From Candidatus Eiseniibacteriota bacterium (lineage in GTDB: Bacteria; Eisenbacteria; RBG-16-71-46), in NCBI GenBank assembly GCA_044222065.1, contig JBGAOA010000015.1:763-64762 (forward strand): a DNA stretch of 64,000 nucleotides, in the 5' to 3' direction. This document shows, in pieces, positions 28,886 to 37,878 of the stretch; positions within the stretch are counted from its first letter, which is position 1; each line of letters opens with the position of its first letter. A model generated the notes under the pieces. The model was not told the origin of the DNA. It was given only the letters and a program-made list of their open reading frames with translations, and made no database searches. The position numbers and the translations under genes were made by a program.

Positions 28886-29556
28886 ACGAGGCCGAAGCGT
28901 TTCTTCACCAGGAACAGCAGGTTGTCCCAGCCGTCCTTCCACTTCTGGAGCTTCACTTCGCCGACGCGCGCGCCGTAGGGGATGTGCCCTTCGGCGAAGC
29001 GCAGTCCGCGCATCACGGCCTCGAGCTTGATCTCTTCGCTGAACGCCATGCCGTCCGACGTCAGGCGGATCCGCTCGAGCGCCTTCCGGCGGAACACCCA
29101 CATTCCGGACTGGCTGTCGCGGATCGGCTGGAAGAACAGCACCGCCGCGGCCACGGTCAGCACCCAGTTTCCGAAGCGGTTCGAAAACGGCATCGCCTTC
29201 GGGTCCGTGAGCGGGAAGCGGCTCGCCGACAGGAACTCGAGCTTCCGATCCTCGAGCTCGTCCACGAGCCGCGCGATCTCCTCGGGCGGGTAGGTCCCGT
29301 CGCCGTCCAGCGTCACGATGACGTCGCCCGTCGCGGCGCGCAGGCCGCACTTGTAGGCCGCGCCGTACCCCGGCGTCTTCTCGGCGACGACCTTCGCTCC
29401 GAGCGAGCGCGCGACCTCCGCCGTGCGGTCGGTGCAGTTGTTGTCCACGACGACGACTTCGTCCACGAGCGCGGGCATCCGCCCGATCACGAGCCGGACT
29501 CCATCCTCCTCGTTGTAGCAGGGAATCACCACGGAGATCTTGAGATTTCGGTGCAT
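28882..29556 (-). CDS. GT2 glycosyltransferase (DPM1-like, 224 aa)
   Basis: 'KISVVIPCYNEEDGV...VVVVDNNCTDRT...TLDGDGTYPPEE'. Confidence 0.8.
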   Translation of the reverse strand: MHRNLKISVVIPCYNEEDGVRLVIGRMPALVDEVVVVDNNCTDRTAEVARSLGAKVVAEKTPGYGAAYKCGLRAATGDVIVTLDGDGTYPPEEIARLVDELEDRKLEFLSASRFPLTDPKAMPFSNRFGNWVLTVAAAVLFFQPIRDSQSGMWVFRRKALERIRLTSDGMAFSEEIKLEAVMRGLRFAEGHIPYGARVGEVKLQKWKDGWDNLLFLVKKRFGLV

Positions 29557-29671
29557 GGAGGCTCGTTCGGGCGGGTGGGGGGACACGGGAGAGGCGCGCA
29601 CGGGGGGCGAATTCCTGGAAAGTCTAGCAACCGCCTCGGTGGCGCAACAAGGACTCGCGTCCGCTTCTCGG

Positions 29672-29712
29672 CGCGAATCGCCCGCGGTCGTTCGAAGCCG
29701 CTGCGATTCGCG
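29672..29712. promoter_or_regulatory. Perfect 10-bp inverted repeat (CGCGAATCGC-21 nt-GCGATTCGCG) in a divergent promoter region
   Basis: Seen directly in the 287-nt intergenic region between the divergent GT2 genes at 29556(-) and 29844(+). Confidence 0.35.
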
Positions 29713-29843
29713 GTGGATCCCTCGAGACCGTTGCGTCCCGCACGAGGACGCGGCGCGGGCGCGCACGCACCCTCCGCCCCGCGTGGCCCGTGTGTTAGCC
29801 TTTTCGCGGTCCGTCGTCCCTCCCCAGTGCTCCGAGCGAGTCC

Positions 29844-30560
29844 GTGATCGATCCCAGCCGCGTCGCCGCCGTCGTACCTGCCTACAACGAAGCCGGAAAG
29901 ATCGGGGACGTCGTCCGCAAGGTGCCGCGCCGCTTCGCGGCCACGGTCATCGTGGTGGACGACCATTCGAAGGACCGCACGAGCGACGAGGCCCGCGAGG
30001 CCGGCGCCGAGGTCGTCGTGCGCCACGAGGTCAATCGCGGCGTCGGCGCGGGCATCCGGACCGGGCTGCTCGAGGCGAAGCGCCGGGGCCTCGAATTCGC
30101 CGCGATCCTGTCGGGCGACGACCAGCACGAGCCGGACGAGCTGCCGCGGGTGCTGGAACCGCTGTTCGCGGGGCGCGCCGACCTCGTGCAGGGCTCGCGC
30201 TGGCTCCCGGGAGGCGGCACGCCCGGCATTCCGAATTCGCGCCGCTTCCTCACGCGGGTCTACCCATTGTTGTTCCGCGTCGCGAGCGGATACCCCTCCA
30301 CCGACGGAACGAACGGGTTTCGTGCGTTCCGGCTCTCGATGCTCGACGACCCGCGCATCCGTCTCGATCAGGAGTGGCTCGATCGCTACGAACTCGAGCC
30401 CTACCTGCTCTACCAGGCGGTGCGCTGCGGCTACCGCGTGTGCGAAGCGCCCGTGACCGTGCGCTATCATTCCCGCGGCACGTCCCACATGCGCCCGATT
30501 CAGGATGGCTGGCGCATTCTCAGACCGCTCGTGTACCTGCGTCTCGGATGGAGACGCTGA
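29844..30560 (+). CDS. GT2 glycosyltransferase (DPM1/GtrB-like)
   Basis: 'VAAVVPAYNEAGKI...VIVVDDHSKDRT...ILSGDDQHEPDE'. Confidence 0.8.
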   Translation: MIDPSRVAAVVPAYNEAGKIGDVVRKVPRRFAATVIVVDDHSKDRTSDEAREAGAEVVVRHEVNRGVGAGIRTGLLEAKRRGLEFAAILSGDDQHEPDELPRVLEPLFAGRADLVQGSRWLPGGGTPGIPNSRRFLTRVYPLLFRVASGYPSTDGTNGFRAFRLSMLDDPRIRLDQEWLDRYELEPYLLYQAVRCGYRVCEAPVTVRYHSRGTSHMRPIQDGWRILRPLVYLRLGWRR

Positions 30561-30576
30561 CCGTGAGGAGCCGTCC

Positions 30577-31551
30577 ATGAATCTGCAGAACTGCCGCGTC
30601 CTCGTGACCGGAGGCGCCGGCTTCGTCGGCAGCAATCTCGTCCGCCGGCTGATCCGCGAGGGCGCGCGCGTCACGGTGCTGGACGACCTCTTCACGGGAC
30701 GTCGCGAGAACCTGCCCGAGGACGGCTTCGAGTTCGTGCACGGCACCGTCTGCGACCTCGCGCACGTCGAGCACTGCGTCGGCAACGCCGACCTCGTGTT
30801 CCATCTCGCCGCGCGCAACATCGTCGTGTCCACCAAGGACCCGCGGAACGACTACGAGACGAACATCGGCGGCACGCTGAACGTGCTGCTCGCCGCCCGC
30901 GCGGCGGGCATGAAGCGCGTGGTCTACACGTCGTCCACGTCCGTGTACGGCAATCCGCGCTACATGCCGATCAACGAGGACGACCACCTGTCGCTGCTCT
31001 CGCCGTACGCCGTCTCGAAGCTCGGCGGAGAGAACTACTGCATGGCGTTCCACGAGTCCTATCGCCTGCCGACGAGCGCGGTGCGCTACTCGAACGTGTT
31101 CGGGCCCGGACAGGACCCGGCCAATCCTTACTGCGGCGTCGTCGCGAAGTTCATCGAGTCGCTCATGGAGGGCAAGCCTCCGCTCATCCACGGCGACGGC
31201 AACCAGACGCGCGACTTCACGTACGTGGACGACGCGGTGGCGGCCACGATCCTCGCCGGCATCTCGGACCGCGCGATCGGCGAGGTGTTCAACGTCGGCA
31301 CGGGCGTCGAGACGCGCGTCAACGAACTCGCGGCCACGCTGATCCGCCTGTTCGGATTCGATTTCGCGCCGCAGCGCATCGACCGGCGCGACGTCGACAA
31401 CATCCGCCGGCGCGTCGTGAACATCGAGAAGGCGCGGCGCACGCTGCGCTGGGTGCCCGAGGTGACGCTCGAAGAAGGCCTGCGCCGCACGCTCGAATGG
31501 CAGAAGGACGTGACGACCCGACGGCGCGAGGAGTCGGAGCGGGCGCGCTGA
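30577..31551 (+). CDS. NAD-dependent nucleotide-sugar epimerase/dehydratase (extended SDR)
   Basis: 'VLVTGGAGFVGSNLVRRL' Rossmann motif, 'YAVSKLGGE' YxxxK. GAGGAG RBS at 30565-30570. Confidence 0.85.
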   Translation: MNLQNCRVLVTGGAGFVGSNLVRRLIREGARVTVLDDLFTGRRENLPEDGFEFVHGTVCDLAHVEHCVGNADLVFHLAARNIVVSTKDPRNDYETNIGGTLNVLLAARAAGMKRVVYTSSTSVYGNPRYMPINEDDHLSLLSPYAVSKLGGENYCMAFHESYRLPTSAVRYSNVFGPGQDPANPYCGVVAKFIESLMEGKPPLIHGDGNQTRDFTYVDDAVAATILAGISDRAIGEVFNVGTGVETRVNELAATLIRLFGFDFAPQRIDRRDVDNIRRRVVNIEKARRTLRWVPEVTLEEGLRRTLEWQKDVTTRRREESERAR

Positions 31552-31558
31552 GCGGCGC

Positions 31559-32329
31559 TCAGTCGTGCAAGCGAGGAATCGTGCTCGTGCGCACTCGGCG
31601 CGCCATCGCGAAGTAGCGCGAGATGGTGCGCAGGATCTTCATCTTCGAGGCGCCTTCCTTGAGGTCGTAGCGCAGCACGAGCGGCGCCTCGGTGACGCGC
31701 GCGCCGCCGAGTCCGAGCTTCACGAGCAGTTCGGCCATGCACACGAAGCCCGCCTCCTCGATCATGCGGTCGCCCCACAGCCGGAACGCGCGGCGCAGCG
31801 TCGAGGCGCGATAGAGCCGGAACCCGCACGTGTAGTCGCGTGCGCCCGGGACGCGGGTGACGAGCGTCAGCAGGAAGCTCGCGCCCCGGGACAGCACCTT
31901 GCGGATCGCCGTGAGTCCCACCTCGTCTCCGCCCCGAACGTACCGAGAGGCGATGACGACGTCCGCGTTCTCCGCCTGCATCGTTTCCCACATGCGTGGA
32001 AACAGCGCCGGATCGTGCGTGTTGTCGGCGTCCATGGTCCCGATCGCATCCTCGTCCGTGCAGCGCTCGAGCGCGCCCGTGAGTCCGGTGCGCAGCCCGG
32101 CCCCGAGATTGCGGTTCACCCCGTGGGGGAGGACTTCCAGGTCCAGCCGGTCGCGGAAGCGCTCGGCCGCCGCGATCGTTCCGTCCGTGCTCCCGTCGTC
32201 CACGACGAGCACCCGCAGCCGCAGGCCGCGAGCCTCCAGGACGGGACGCAGCGCCACGTAGCGCTCCAGCAAGGCGGGCAGCGAGCGCTCTTCGTTGTAG
32301 GCCGGCAGCGCGATCCAGAGCGTGGGCAC
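31559..32329 (-). CDS. GT2 glycosyltransferase (DPM1-like)
   Basis: 'LWIALPAYNEERSL...VLVVDDGSTDGT...TMDADNTHDP'. GTG start with an AGGAG RBS. Confidence 0.8.
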   Translation of the reverse strand: MPTLWIALPAYNEERSLPALLERYVALRPVLEARGLRLRVLVVDDGSTDGTIAAAERFRDRLDLEVLPHGVNRNLGAGLRTGLTGALERCTDEDAIGTMDADNTHDPALFPRMWETMQAENADVVIASRYVRGGDEVGLTAIRKVLSRGASFLLTLVTRVPGARDYTCGFRLYRASTLRRAFRLWGDRMIEEAGFVCMAELLVKLGLGGARVTEAPLVLRYDLKEGASKMKILRTISRYFAMARRVRTSTIPRLHD

Positions 32330-32469
32330 GAGGGTCTCCTTGCGTTCTTGGCGGGGTTCGGGCGCGGCATCCTAGCGGACTCGGAGCGGGCTGGCACGCC
32401 GGGCCCGCGAAAGTCGTGCGGAGGGGCGTCCGGAGCCGCGGGAGTTTTCGGCCGGAGGCCTCAAATTCC

Positions 32470-32499
32470 TTGATAGCCCTGTCAACGCTTTGCTAATCT
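32470..32499 (+). promoter_or_regulatory. sigma70-like promoter (TTGATA-18-TAATCT) for the priming-transferase-led operon
   Basis: TTGATA at 32470-32475 and TAATCT at 32494-32499, in a lower-GC 460-nt intergenic region. Confidence 0.5.
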
Positions 32500-32728
32500 C
32501 AACCGCGTTGGACGTGGCTCCACACGCTCTCACCGCGAGGAAACGCACATCGCCTCTTTGCTAACTGGGTGTACTGGTCGAACGACCAGCTCCCTCTGAC
32601 CGGCAGGCAGGTCAGAGCCCGGCGCAGGCCGGATGCAGGTACCGAGGATCGACATCTTGCGTCTTCCCCCGTTGCTCGTGCTTGAGAAGTCCTCGACCCA
32701 GTTTGCGCGGAAAAGGCGAGAGCTTTAG

Positions 32729-32762
32729 GCCGAGGGGTTTGCTTTTCCCTCGGCTTTTCTTG
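32729..32762 (+). terminator. Intrinsic-terminator-like hairpin (8-bp perfect stem, 10-nt loop, U-tract) inside the 5' leader
   Basis: GCCGAGGG (32729-32736), loop gtttgctttt, CCCTCGGC (32747-32754), then TTTTCTTG (32755-32762). It ends 29 nt upstream of ATG 32791. Confidence 0.55.
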
Positions 32763-32790
32763 CGCGGGTAGCACAACCGAGAGCGGCATC

Positions 32791-33720
32791 ATGGAGCCCG
32801 ACATCCTCGCGAACCCCAGTGACGCGATTCCGGCCATGGCCGGAACCGGCGCGAGCGAAACCCTCACCGCCGCGCCGACGCGAACCAGCACGTTCGAGTC
32901 CCGTTCCGCGTTCCGTGCGTTCGACTCGACGGTCGCCGCGCGCACGAACGGTCACACTCGGCCGCTCGGTCATCCGCACCACCTCGCGCGCAACGGACAG
33001 CCGCATCACGCGGCGATGCCCGAGTGGGCGCACGCCATCACCGGCCCCGTCGCCGCCGTGCCGAGCGCGGCCGTCGCCGAGACGCTCGCCGCGATCGACT
33101 CGCGCGACCGTGACGGCGCCTACCTGCGCTACGGCAAGCGCGTGCTCGACGTCGCCGGTGCGCTCGTCGCGCTCGTGCTGTGCTCGCCGCTGCTGCTCAT
33201 CGCGGCGATGGCGATCAAGCTCGAGTCGCGCGGCCCGCTGTTCTACCGCTCGATCCGCATCGGCAAGGACGGGCGTCCGTTCACGTTCCTGAAGCTGCGC
33301 TCGATGGTGCGCGACGCCGATCGCCGCCGGCATCAGATCACTCACCTCAACGAGTGCGACGGTCCCGTGTTCAAGATCAGCCGCGACCCGCGCGTGACGC
33401 GCGTCGGACGCTTCCTGCGCACGACCAGCATCGACGAGATCCCGCAGTTCGTGAACGTGCTGCGCGGCGAGATGTCGCTCGTCGGCCCGCGGCCGCCGAT
33501 CCCCGAGGAGGTCGCGCAGTACGAGCCCTGGCAGCTGCGCCGGCTCGACGTGCTGCCCGGCATCACGTGCCTCTGGCAGATCAGCGGCCGCAGCCGGATC
33601 GGGTTCCAGGAATGGATGCGCCTCGATCTCGAGTACATCCAGCACCGCTCGCTGGCGCTCGACCTGCGAATCCTCGTTCGGACCATTCCCGCCGTGCTGT
33701 CCCGGGAGGGCGCGTACTGA
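32791..33720 (+). CDS. Polyprenyl-phosphate sugar-1-phosphate transferase (bacterial sugar transferase family, small WcaJ/EpsB type); priming enzyme
   Basis: Single TM ('[25 protein letters not shown]') followed by '[24 protein letters not shown] ... [21 protein letters not shown]'. The N-terminal roughly 100 aa are low complexity, so the true start could be the in-frame ATG at 32836 or 33016. Confidence 0.75.
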   Translation: MEPDILANPSDAIPAMAGTGASETLTAAPTRTSTFESRSAFRAFDSTVAARTNGHTRPLGHPHHLARNGQPHHAAMPEWAHAITGPVAAVPSAAVAETLAAIDSRDRDGAYLRYGKRVLDVAGALVALVLCSPLLLIAAMAIKLESRGPLFYRSIRIGKDGRPFTFLKLRSMVRDADRRRHQITHLNECDGPVFKISRDPRVTRVGRFLRTTSIDEIPQFVNVLRGEMSLVGPRPPIPEEVAQYEPWQLRRLDVLPGITCLWQISGRSRIGFQEWMRLDLEYIQHRSLALDLRILVRTIPAVLSREGAY

Positions 33721-35309
33721 AATCAGCGCGGTCCATTCTCTCGTTCGCCGCACCGGACCCCGCTCACGCGCCTCCCGCCCCCGCCGCCCCGGTCTTCGGC
33801 TGGAACCTGCTCGCCGCCACCCTCGTGGCGGCGGTTCTGCGCTGCGCGCGGCTCGACCACTCGAGCCTGTGGATCGACGAATTGCAGACCTGGTACAACA
33901 TCAACCGCGGCGCTCCGATGGGTCTCACCGAAGTGCTCGAGAACATTCACGGCCCGCTCTACGCGCTGCTGCTCCACGGCTGGGTGCGGCTCGCGGGGGA
34001 CTCCGAGTGGGCGCTGCGCGCCCCCTCGGTGCTATTCGGCGTTCTCACCGTGCCGGCGCTCGCATGGCTCGCCTCGCGCTGGCTCGGGCGTGACGCCGCC
34101 GCGCCGGCCGCGTGGCTCGCCGCGGGCTCGCCCTTCCTCGTCTGGTACTCGCAGGAGGCGCGCAACTACTCGCTGCTCGTGCTGTGCGTCGCGCTCGCGA
34201 TGGGGGCGCTCGTCGCGATGCGCGAGCGCGTGAGCGCCGGCCGGCTCGTGCTCTACGCCGGAGCGACGGCCACGGGGCTCCTCAGCAACTTCTCGTTCGT
34301 CCTGCTCGCGCCCGCGCACGTTCGTGCCTGGTTCGCCTCGGGGCCCGCGCGCGCCGCCCGGCTGCGGGCGATGGCGGTGACCGCGGCGCTCGCGCTGCTC
34401 GTCGCGCTGCCCTGGGTTCCGCGGCTCGCGAGCACGTGGGACTGGAGCCGGCTCAGGCCGCAGCGCGAGGCCGTCGAGGGGGAGACGCCGCTGCGCGGCG
34501 CGACGACGTTCCACGCCGGCGCCGTGCCCTACGCACTCCACACGTTCGCGGTCGGCTACACGCTCGGTCCGTCGCTGCGCGAACTCAAGCGCGACGCGTC
34601 CGCGGCGACGTTGCGCCGCCACGCGCCCGCGCTCGCCGCGACGGCGCTCGTGTTCGGCGCGCTCGGCCTCGCGGGCCTCGCGGAACTGCGCCGGCGCCGG
34701 CGCCTCGGCGACGCGCTGCTGTGGATCGCCGTCCCGCTCGTCGCCGTGAGCTACGCCGCGATCCAGAACTTCAAGGTCTTCCATCCGCGCTACGTGGCGG
34801 TCACGCTGCCCGCGCTGCTGCTCGTCGTCGCCGCCGGTCTCCTGCGGCTGCCGCGGCCCGCGCGCGCCGTCGCGGCGATCGCGATCGTCGGGCTTTGGAG
34901 CGTTTCGCTCGCGCAGTTCTACGGCGACCCGGCCTACGTGAAGGACGACTTCCGCGCGGCGTGCCGCGAAGTGAGCGCGCGCGCGCGGCCGGGCGAGACC
35001 GTGATCGCCGCGGGAGCGGAGGACCCGGTCATCTATTACTATGTCCACCGCTTCCACGGCAGGCTGCCCGTCAACACCTACTGGCTCGGCTTCAGCGCGC
35101 ACCCCGTGCGCATGGACGCCGAGTTCGACCTCCTCACCCGGGGGGCGGCGGGCGCGTGGGTGATCGTCGGCCGCTCCGAAGACCTGGATCCCGCCGGCGC
35201 CTTCGAACGGCGCCTCGGCGAACGCTACCCGGGCGCGGAACGGATCGCGTACGCGGGAGTGAATCTCTGGCACATCCCACGGGAAGCGGGGCTGCTCCCG
35301 CGTCCCTGA
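33717..35309 (+). CDS. GT-C fold glycosyltransferase, ArnT / PMT (GT39/GT83)-like integral membrane protein
   Basis: The first TM is followed by the acidic loop '[13 protein letters not shown]'. It has many TM spans and a C-terminal periplasmic domain. No ATG/GTG lies before the first TM, so the start is taken as CTG 33717 after a GGAGGG at 33705; ATG 33612 would overlap the upstream gene. Confidence 0.6.
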   Translation: MKSARSILSFAAPDPAHAPPAPAAPVFGWNLLAATLVAAVLRCARLDHSSLWIDELQTWYNINRGAPMGLTEVLENIHGPLYALLLHGWVRLAGDSEWALRAPSVLFGVLTVPALAWLASRWLGRDAAAPAAWLAAGSPFLVWYSQEARNYSLLVLCVALAMGALVAMRERVSAGRLVLYAGATATGLLSNFSFVLLAPAHVRAWFASGPARAARLRAMAVTAALALLVALPWVPRLASTWDWSRLRPQREAVEGETPLRGATTFHAGAVPYALHTFAVGYTLGPSLRELKRDASAATLRRHAPALAATALVFGALGLAGLAELRRRRRLGDALLWIAVPLVAVSYAAIQNFKVFHPRYVAVTLPALLLVVAAGLLRLPRPARAVAAIAIVGLWSVSLAQFYGDPAYVKDDFRAACREVSARARPGETVIAAGAEDPVIYYYVHRFHGRLPVNTYWLGFSAHPVRMDAEFDLLTRGAAGAWVIVGRSEDLDPAGAFERRLGERYPGAERIAYAGVNLWHIPREAGLLPRP

Positions 35310-35357
35310 AGGCGCCGGCCGAGCGGGCCCGCGCCGTTTCGATCGAGAGGAGTTCGT

Positions 35358-36674
35358 ATGCGCGTGGTGGTGGTGGGACTCGGCTACGTCGGCTCGGTGT
35401 GTTCGGCGTGTCTGGCGAGCCGCGGGCACGACGTCGTCGGCGTGGACACGAGCGAGTGGAAGGTGGGCTGCATCCAGGACGGCCGCAGCCCGATCGTCGA
35501 GAAGGATCTCGAACGGCTGATCGCCGAGGCGCGGAAGGCCGGTTGCCTGTCCGCGACGCGCGACATCGCGCAGGCGATGCCGGGCGCCGACGTCGTGCTG
35601 CTGTGCGTCGGCACGCCGAGCGCCGAGGACGGCAGCCTCGACCTGTCCCACTGCGTGCGCGCCGCCGAAGAGATCGGGCGATCGCTGCGCACGACCGGCC
35701 GCTTCACGACCGTCGTCATGCGCAGCACGATGCTGCCCGGCAGCGTCCACGAGCAGCTCGCGCCCGCGCTCGCGCGCGCCTCGGGGCTCGAGGCCGGCCG
35801 CGACTTCGGCGTCGCGTACAACCCCGAGTTCCTGCGCGAGGGCAGCGCGGTGGACGACTTCTTCAATGCCGAGCTGACCGTCATCGGCGCCGATGATCCG
35901 AAGAGCGCCGAATCGCTGCTCGAGCTGTACCGCGGCATCGGCGGCAAGCACGTCGTGATCCCGATGCGCACGGCCGAGATGTTCAAGTACGTGAACAACG
36001 CCTGGCACGCGCTCAAGGTCGCGTTCGCGAACGAGGTCGGCCGCTGGTCGAAGCGCGAAGGCGTCGACAGCCACCTCGTGATGGAGCTGTTCTGCCACGA
36101 CACGCGGCTCAACCTCGGGCGCTACTACCTGAAGCCCGGATTCGCGTTCGGCGGCTCGTGCCTGCCGAAGGACCTGCGCGCGCTCTACCACCGCGCACGC
36201 GTGCACGACCTGCAGCTGCCGGTGATCGGCTCCGCCATGCGCTCGAACGATCTCCACGTCGACGAGGCGATTCACGCGATCGAGCGGCTCAAGAAGCGGC
36301 GCGTCGGCGTGCTCGGACTGTCGTTCAAGGCCGAGACCGACGACCTGCGCGAGAGCCCGATCCTGCGTGTCGTCGGCACGCTCGTCGGCAAGGGGTACTC
36401 GCTGCTGCTGCACGACCCGAACATCGACATGGCGCGCGTGCTCGGAGCGAACCGCCGCTTCGTCGAGGAAGAGGTGCCGTACCTGCCCGAGCGCCTGCGC
36501 GCCGACCTGCGCGAAGTCGTCGAGGGCAGCGAGGTCGTCGTCGTCGCGAACCCGAGCGCGATCTACCGCGAGGTCGGCGGGATGCTGCGCGAGGGACAGG
36601 CGCTCGTGGATCTCGTGCACGCGGTGGATCGCGCGACGGTGACGCGCGGGGAGTACCATGGCCTCGCGTGGTAG
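35358..36674 (+). CDS. Nucleotide-sugar 6-dehydrogenase, GDP-mannose dehydrogenase (AlgD)-like
   Basis: 'MRVVVVGLGYVGSV' Rossmann motif, 'GFAFGGSCLPKDLRAL' catalytic Cys motif. Confidence 0.8.
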   Translation: MRVVVVGLGYVGSVCSACLASRGHDVVGVDTSEWKVGCIQDGRSPIVEKDLERLIAEARKAGCLSATRDIAQAMPGADVVLLCVGTPSAEDGSLDLSHCVRAAEEIGRSLRTTGRFTTVVMRSTMLPGSVHEQLAPALARASGLEAGRDFGVAYNPEFLREGSAVDDFFNAELTVIGADDPKSAESLLELYRGIGGKHVVIPMRTAEMFKYVNNAWHALKVAFANEVGRWSKREGVDSHLVMELFCHDTRLNLGRYYLKPGFAFGGSCLPKDLRALYHRARVHDLQLPVIGSAMRSNDLHVDEAIHAIERLKKRRVGVLGLSFKAETDDLRESPILRVVGTLVGKGYSLLLHDPNIDMARVLGANRRFVEEEVPYLPERLRADLREVVEGSEVVVVANPSAIYREVGGMLREGQALVDLVHAVDRATVTRGEYHGLAW

Positions 36675-37878
36675 CGTTCTCCACCTCTCGGAGAACCTGC
36701 CGCTCCCGTTCGACCGCCGCGTGTGGATGGAGCTGAACGCGCTGCGCGCGGCGGGCTACGACGTGTCCGCGATCTGCCCGATGGGCGAGCAGTGGACCTC
36801 GCCGTACGAGGTGATCGACGGCATCCACGTCTTCCGCTATCCGGCGCCGCCGCCGGCGAGCGGGTTCCTCTCCTACGCGTGGGAGTTCCTGTACTGCTGG
36901 CTGCACACGCTGTGGCTCGCGCTGCGCGTGCAGGCGCGGCGCGGGTTCGACGTCATCCACTCGGCGAACCCGCCCGACACGTTCTGGGCGATCGCGGCGC
37001 TGTTCAAACCGTTCGGCAAGCGGTACGTGTTCGATCATCACGACCTGTGCCCGGAGCTGTACCTGTCGCGCTTCGGCGACGAGCGTGCGAACTCGGCGCC
37101 GCACCGCGTGCTCGCCTGGCTCGAGCGCATGCAGTTCCGCACGGCCGACCTCGTGATCTCGACGAACGAGTCGTACCGCGACGTCGCGATCCGCCGCGGG
37201 GGCGTGGACCCGGCGCGCGTGTTCGTCGTGCGCAGCGGACCGAGCCGCGAGCGCTTCGCGACCGTGCGCGCCGCGGACGAGTCGCTCAAGCGCGGGCGTC
37301 GCTACCTGATCGCCTACCTCGGCGTCATGGCCCCGCAGGACGGCGTGGACCACCTGCTGCGCGCGATGCAGGTGCTCGTCCGCGACCACGGGCGCACGGA
37401 CGTCGCGCTGACGCTCGTCGGCGCGGGCGACTCGTTCGAGGACCTGAAGCGCATGGCCTCGGAACTCGGACTCGACGGCGTGGCGCACTTCACCGGCCGC
37501 GTGTCCGACGCCGAGGTCGAGCGCGTGCTCGCGACGGCCGACGTGTGCGCGTGCCCCGATCCGCTGAACCCGCTCAACGACGTCAGCACCATGAACAAGA
37601 TCCTCGAGTACATGGCGTGCGGGCGGCCGATCGTCGCCTACGACCTTCGCGAGCACCGCTACTCGGCCGCCGAGGGCGCGCTGTACGCGAAACCGAACGA
37701 CGAAGCCGACCTGGCCGCGCAGATCCGCACGCTCCTCGACGACGCCGCGCTGCGGGATCGGCTCGGCGAGTACAACCGGCGGCGCTTCCTCGACACGATG
37801 GCGTGGGAGTACAGCCGCGACCGCCTGATCCAGGCCTACGAGACCCTGTGGAAACGAACGCGCAGCGCATCCGCCTGA
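36658..37878 (+). CDS. GT4 glycosyltransferase
   Basis: 'VLHLSENLPLPFDRRVWME' N-terminus, C-terminal 'ILEYMACGRPIVAYDL'. The ATG at 36658 overlaps the dehydrogenase 3' end. Confidence 0.8.
   Translation: MASRGSVLHLSENLPLPFDRRVWMELNALRAAGYDVSAICPMGEQWTSPYEVIDGIHVFRYPAPPPASGFLSYAWEFLYCWLHTLWLALRVQARRGFDVIHSANPPDTFWAIAALFKPFGKRYVFDHHDLCPELYLSRFGDERANSAPHRVLAWLERMQFRTADLVISTNESYRDVAIRRGGVDPARVFVVRSGPSRERFATVRAADESLKRGRRYLIAYLGVMAPQDGVDHLLRAMQVLVRDHGRTDVALTLVGAGDSFEDLKRMASELGLDGVAHFTGRVSDAEVERVLATADVCACPDPLNPLNDVSTMNKILEYMACGRPIVAYDLREHRYSAAEGALYAKPNDEADLAAQIRTLLDDAALRDRLGEYNRRRFLDTMAWEYSRDRLIQAYETLWKRTRSASA

Noticed and set aside
32500-32790. Possible c-di-GMP (GEMM) riboswitch in the priming-transferase leader
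   Set aside because: Only a partial 'AACGCACA' match is present. The second conserved GEMM block (GGGACGCAAAGCC-like) and the GNRA-tetraloop/receptor arrangement are not evident. Reported only as an unclassified structured leader.
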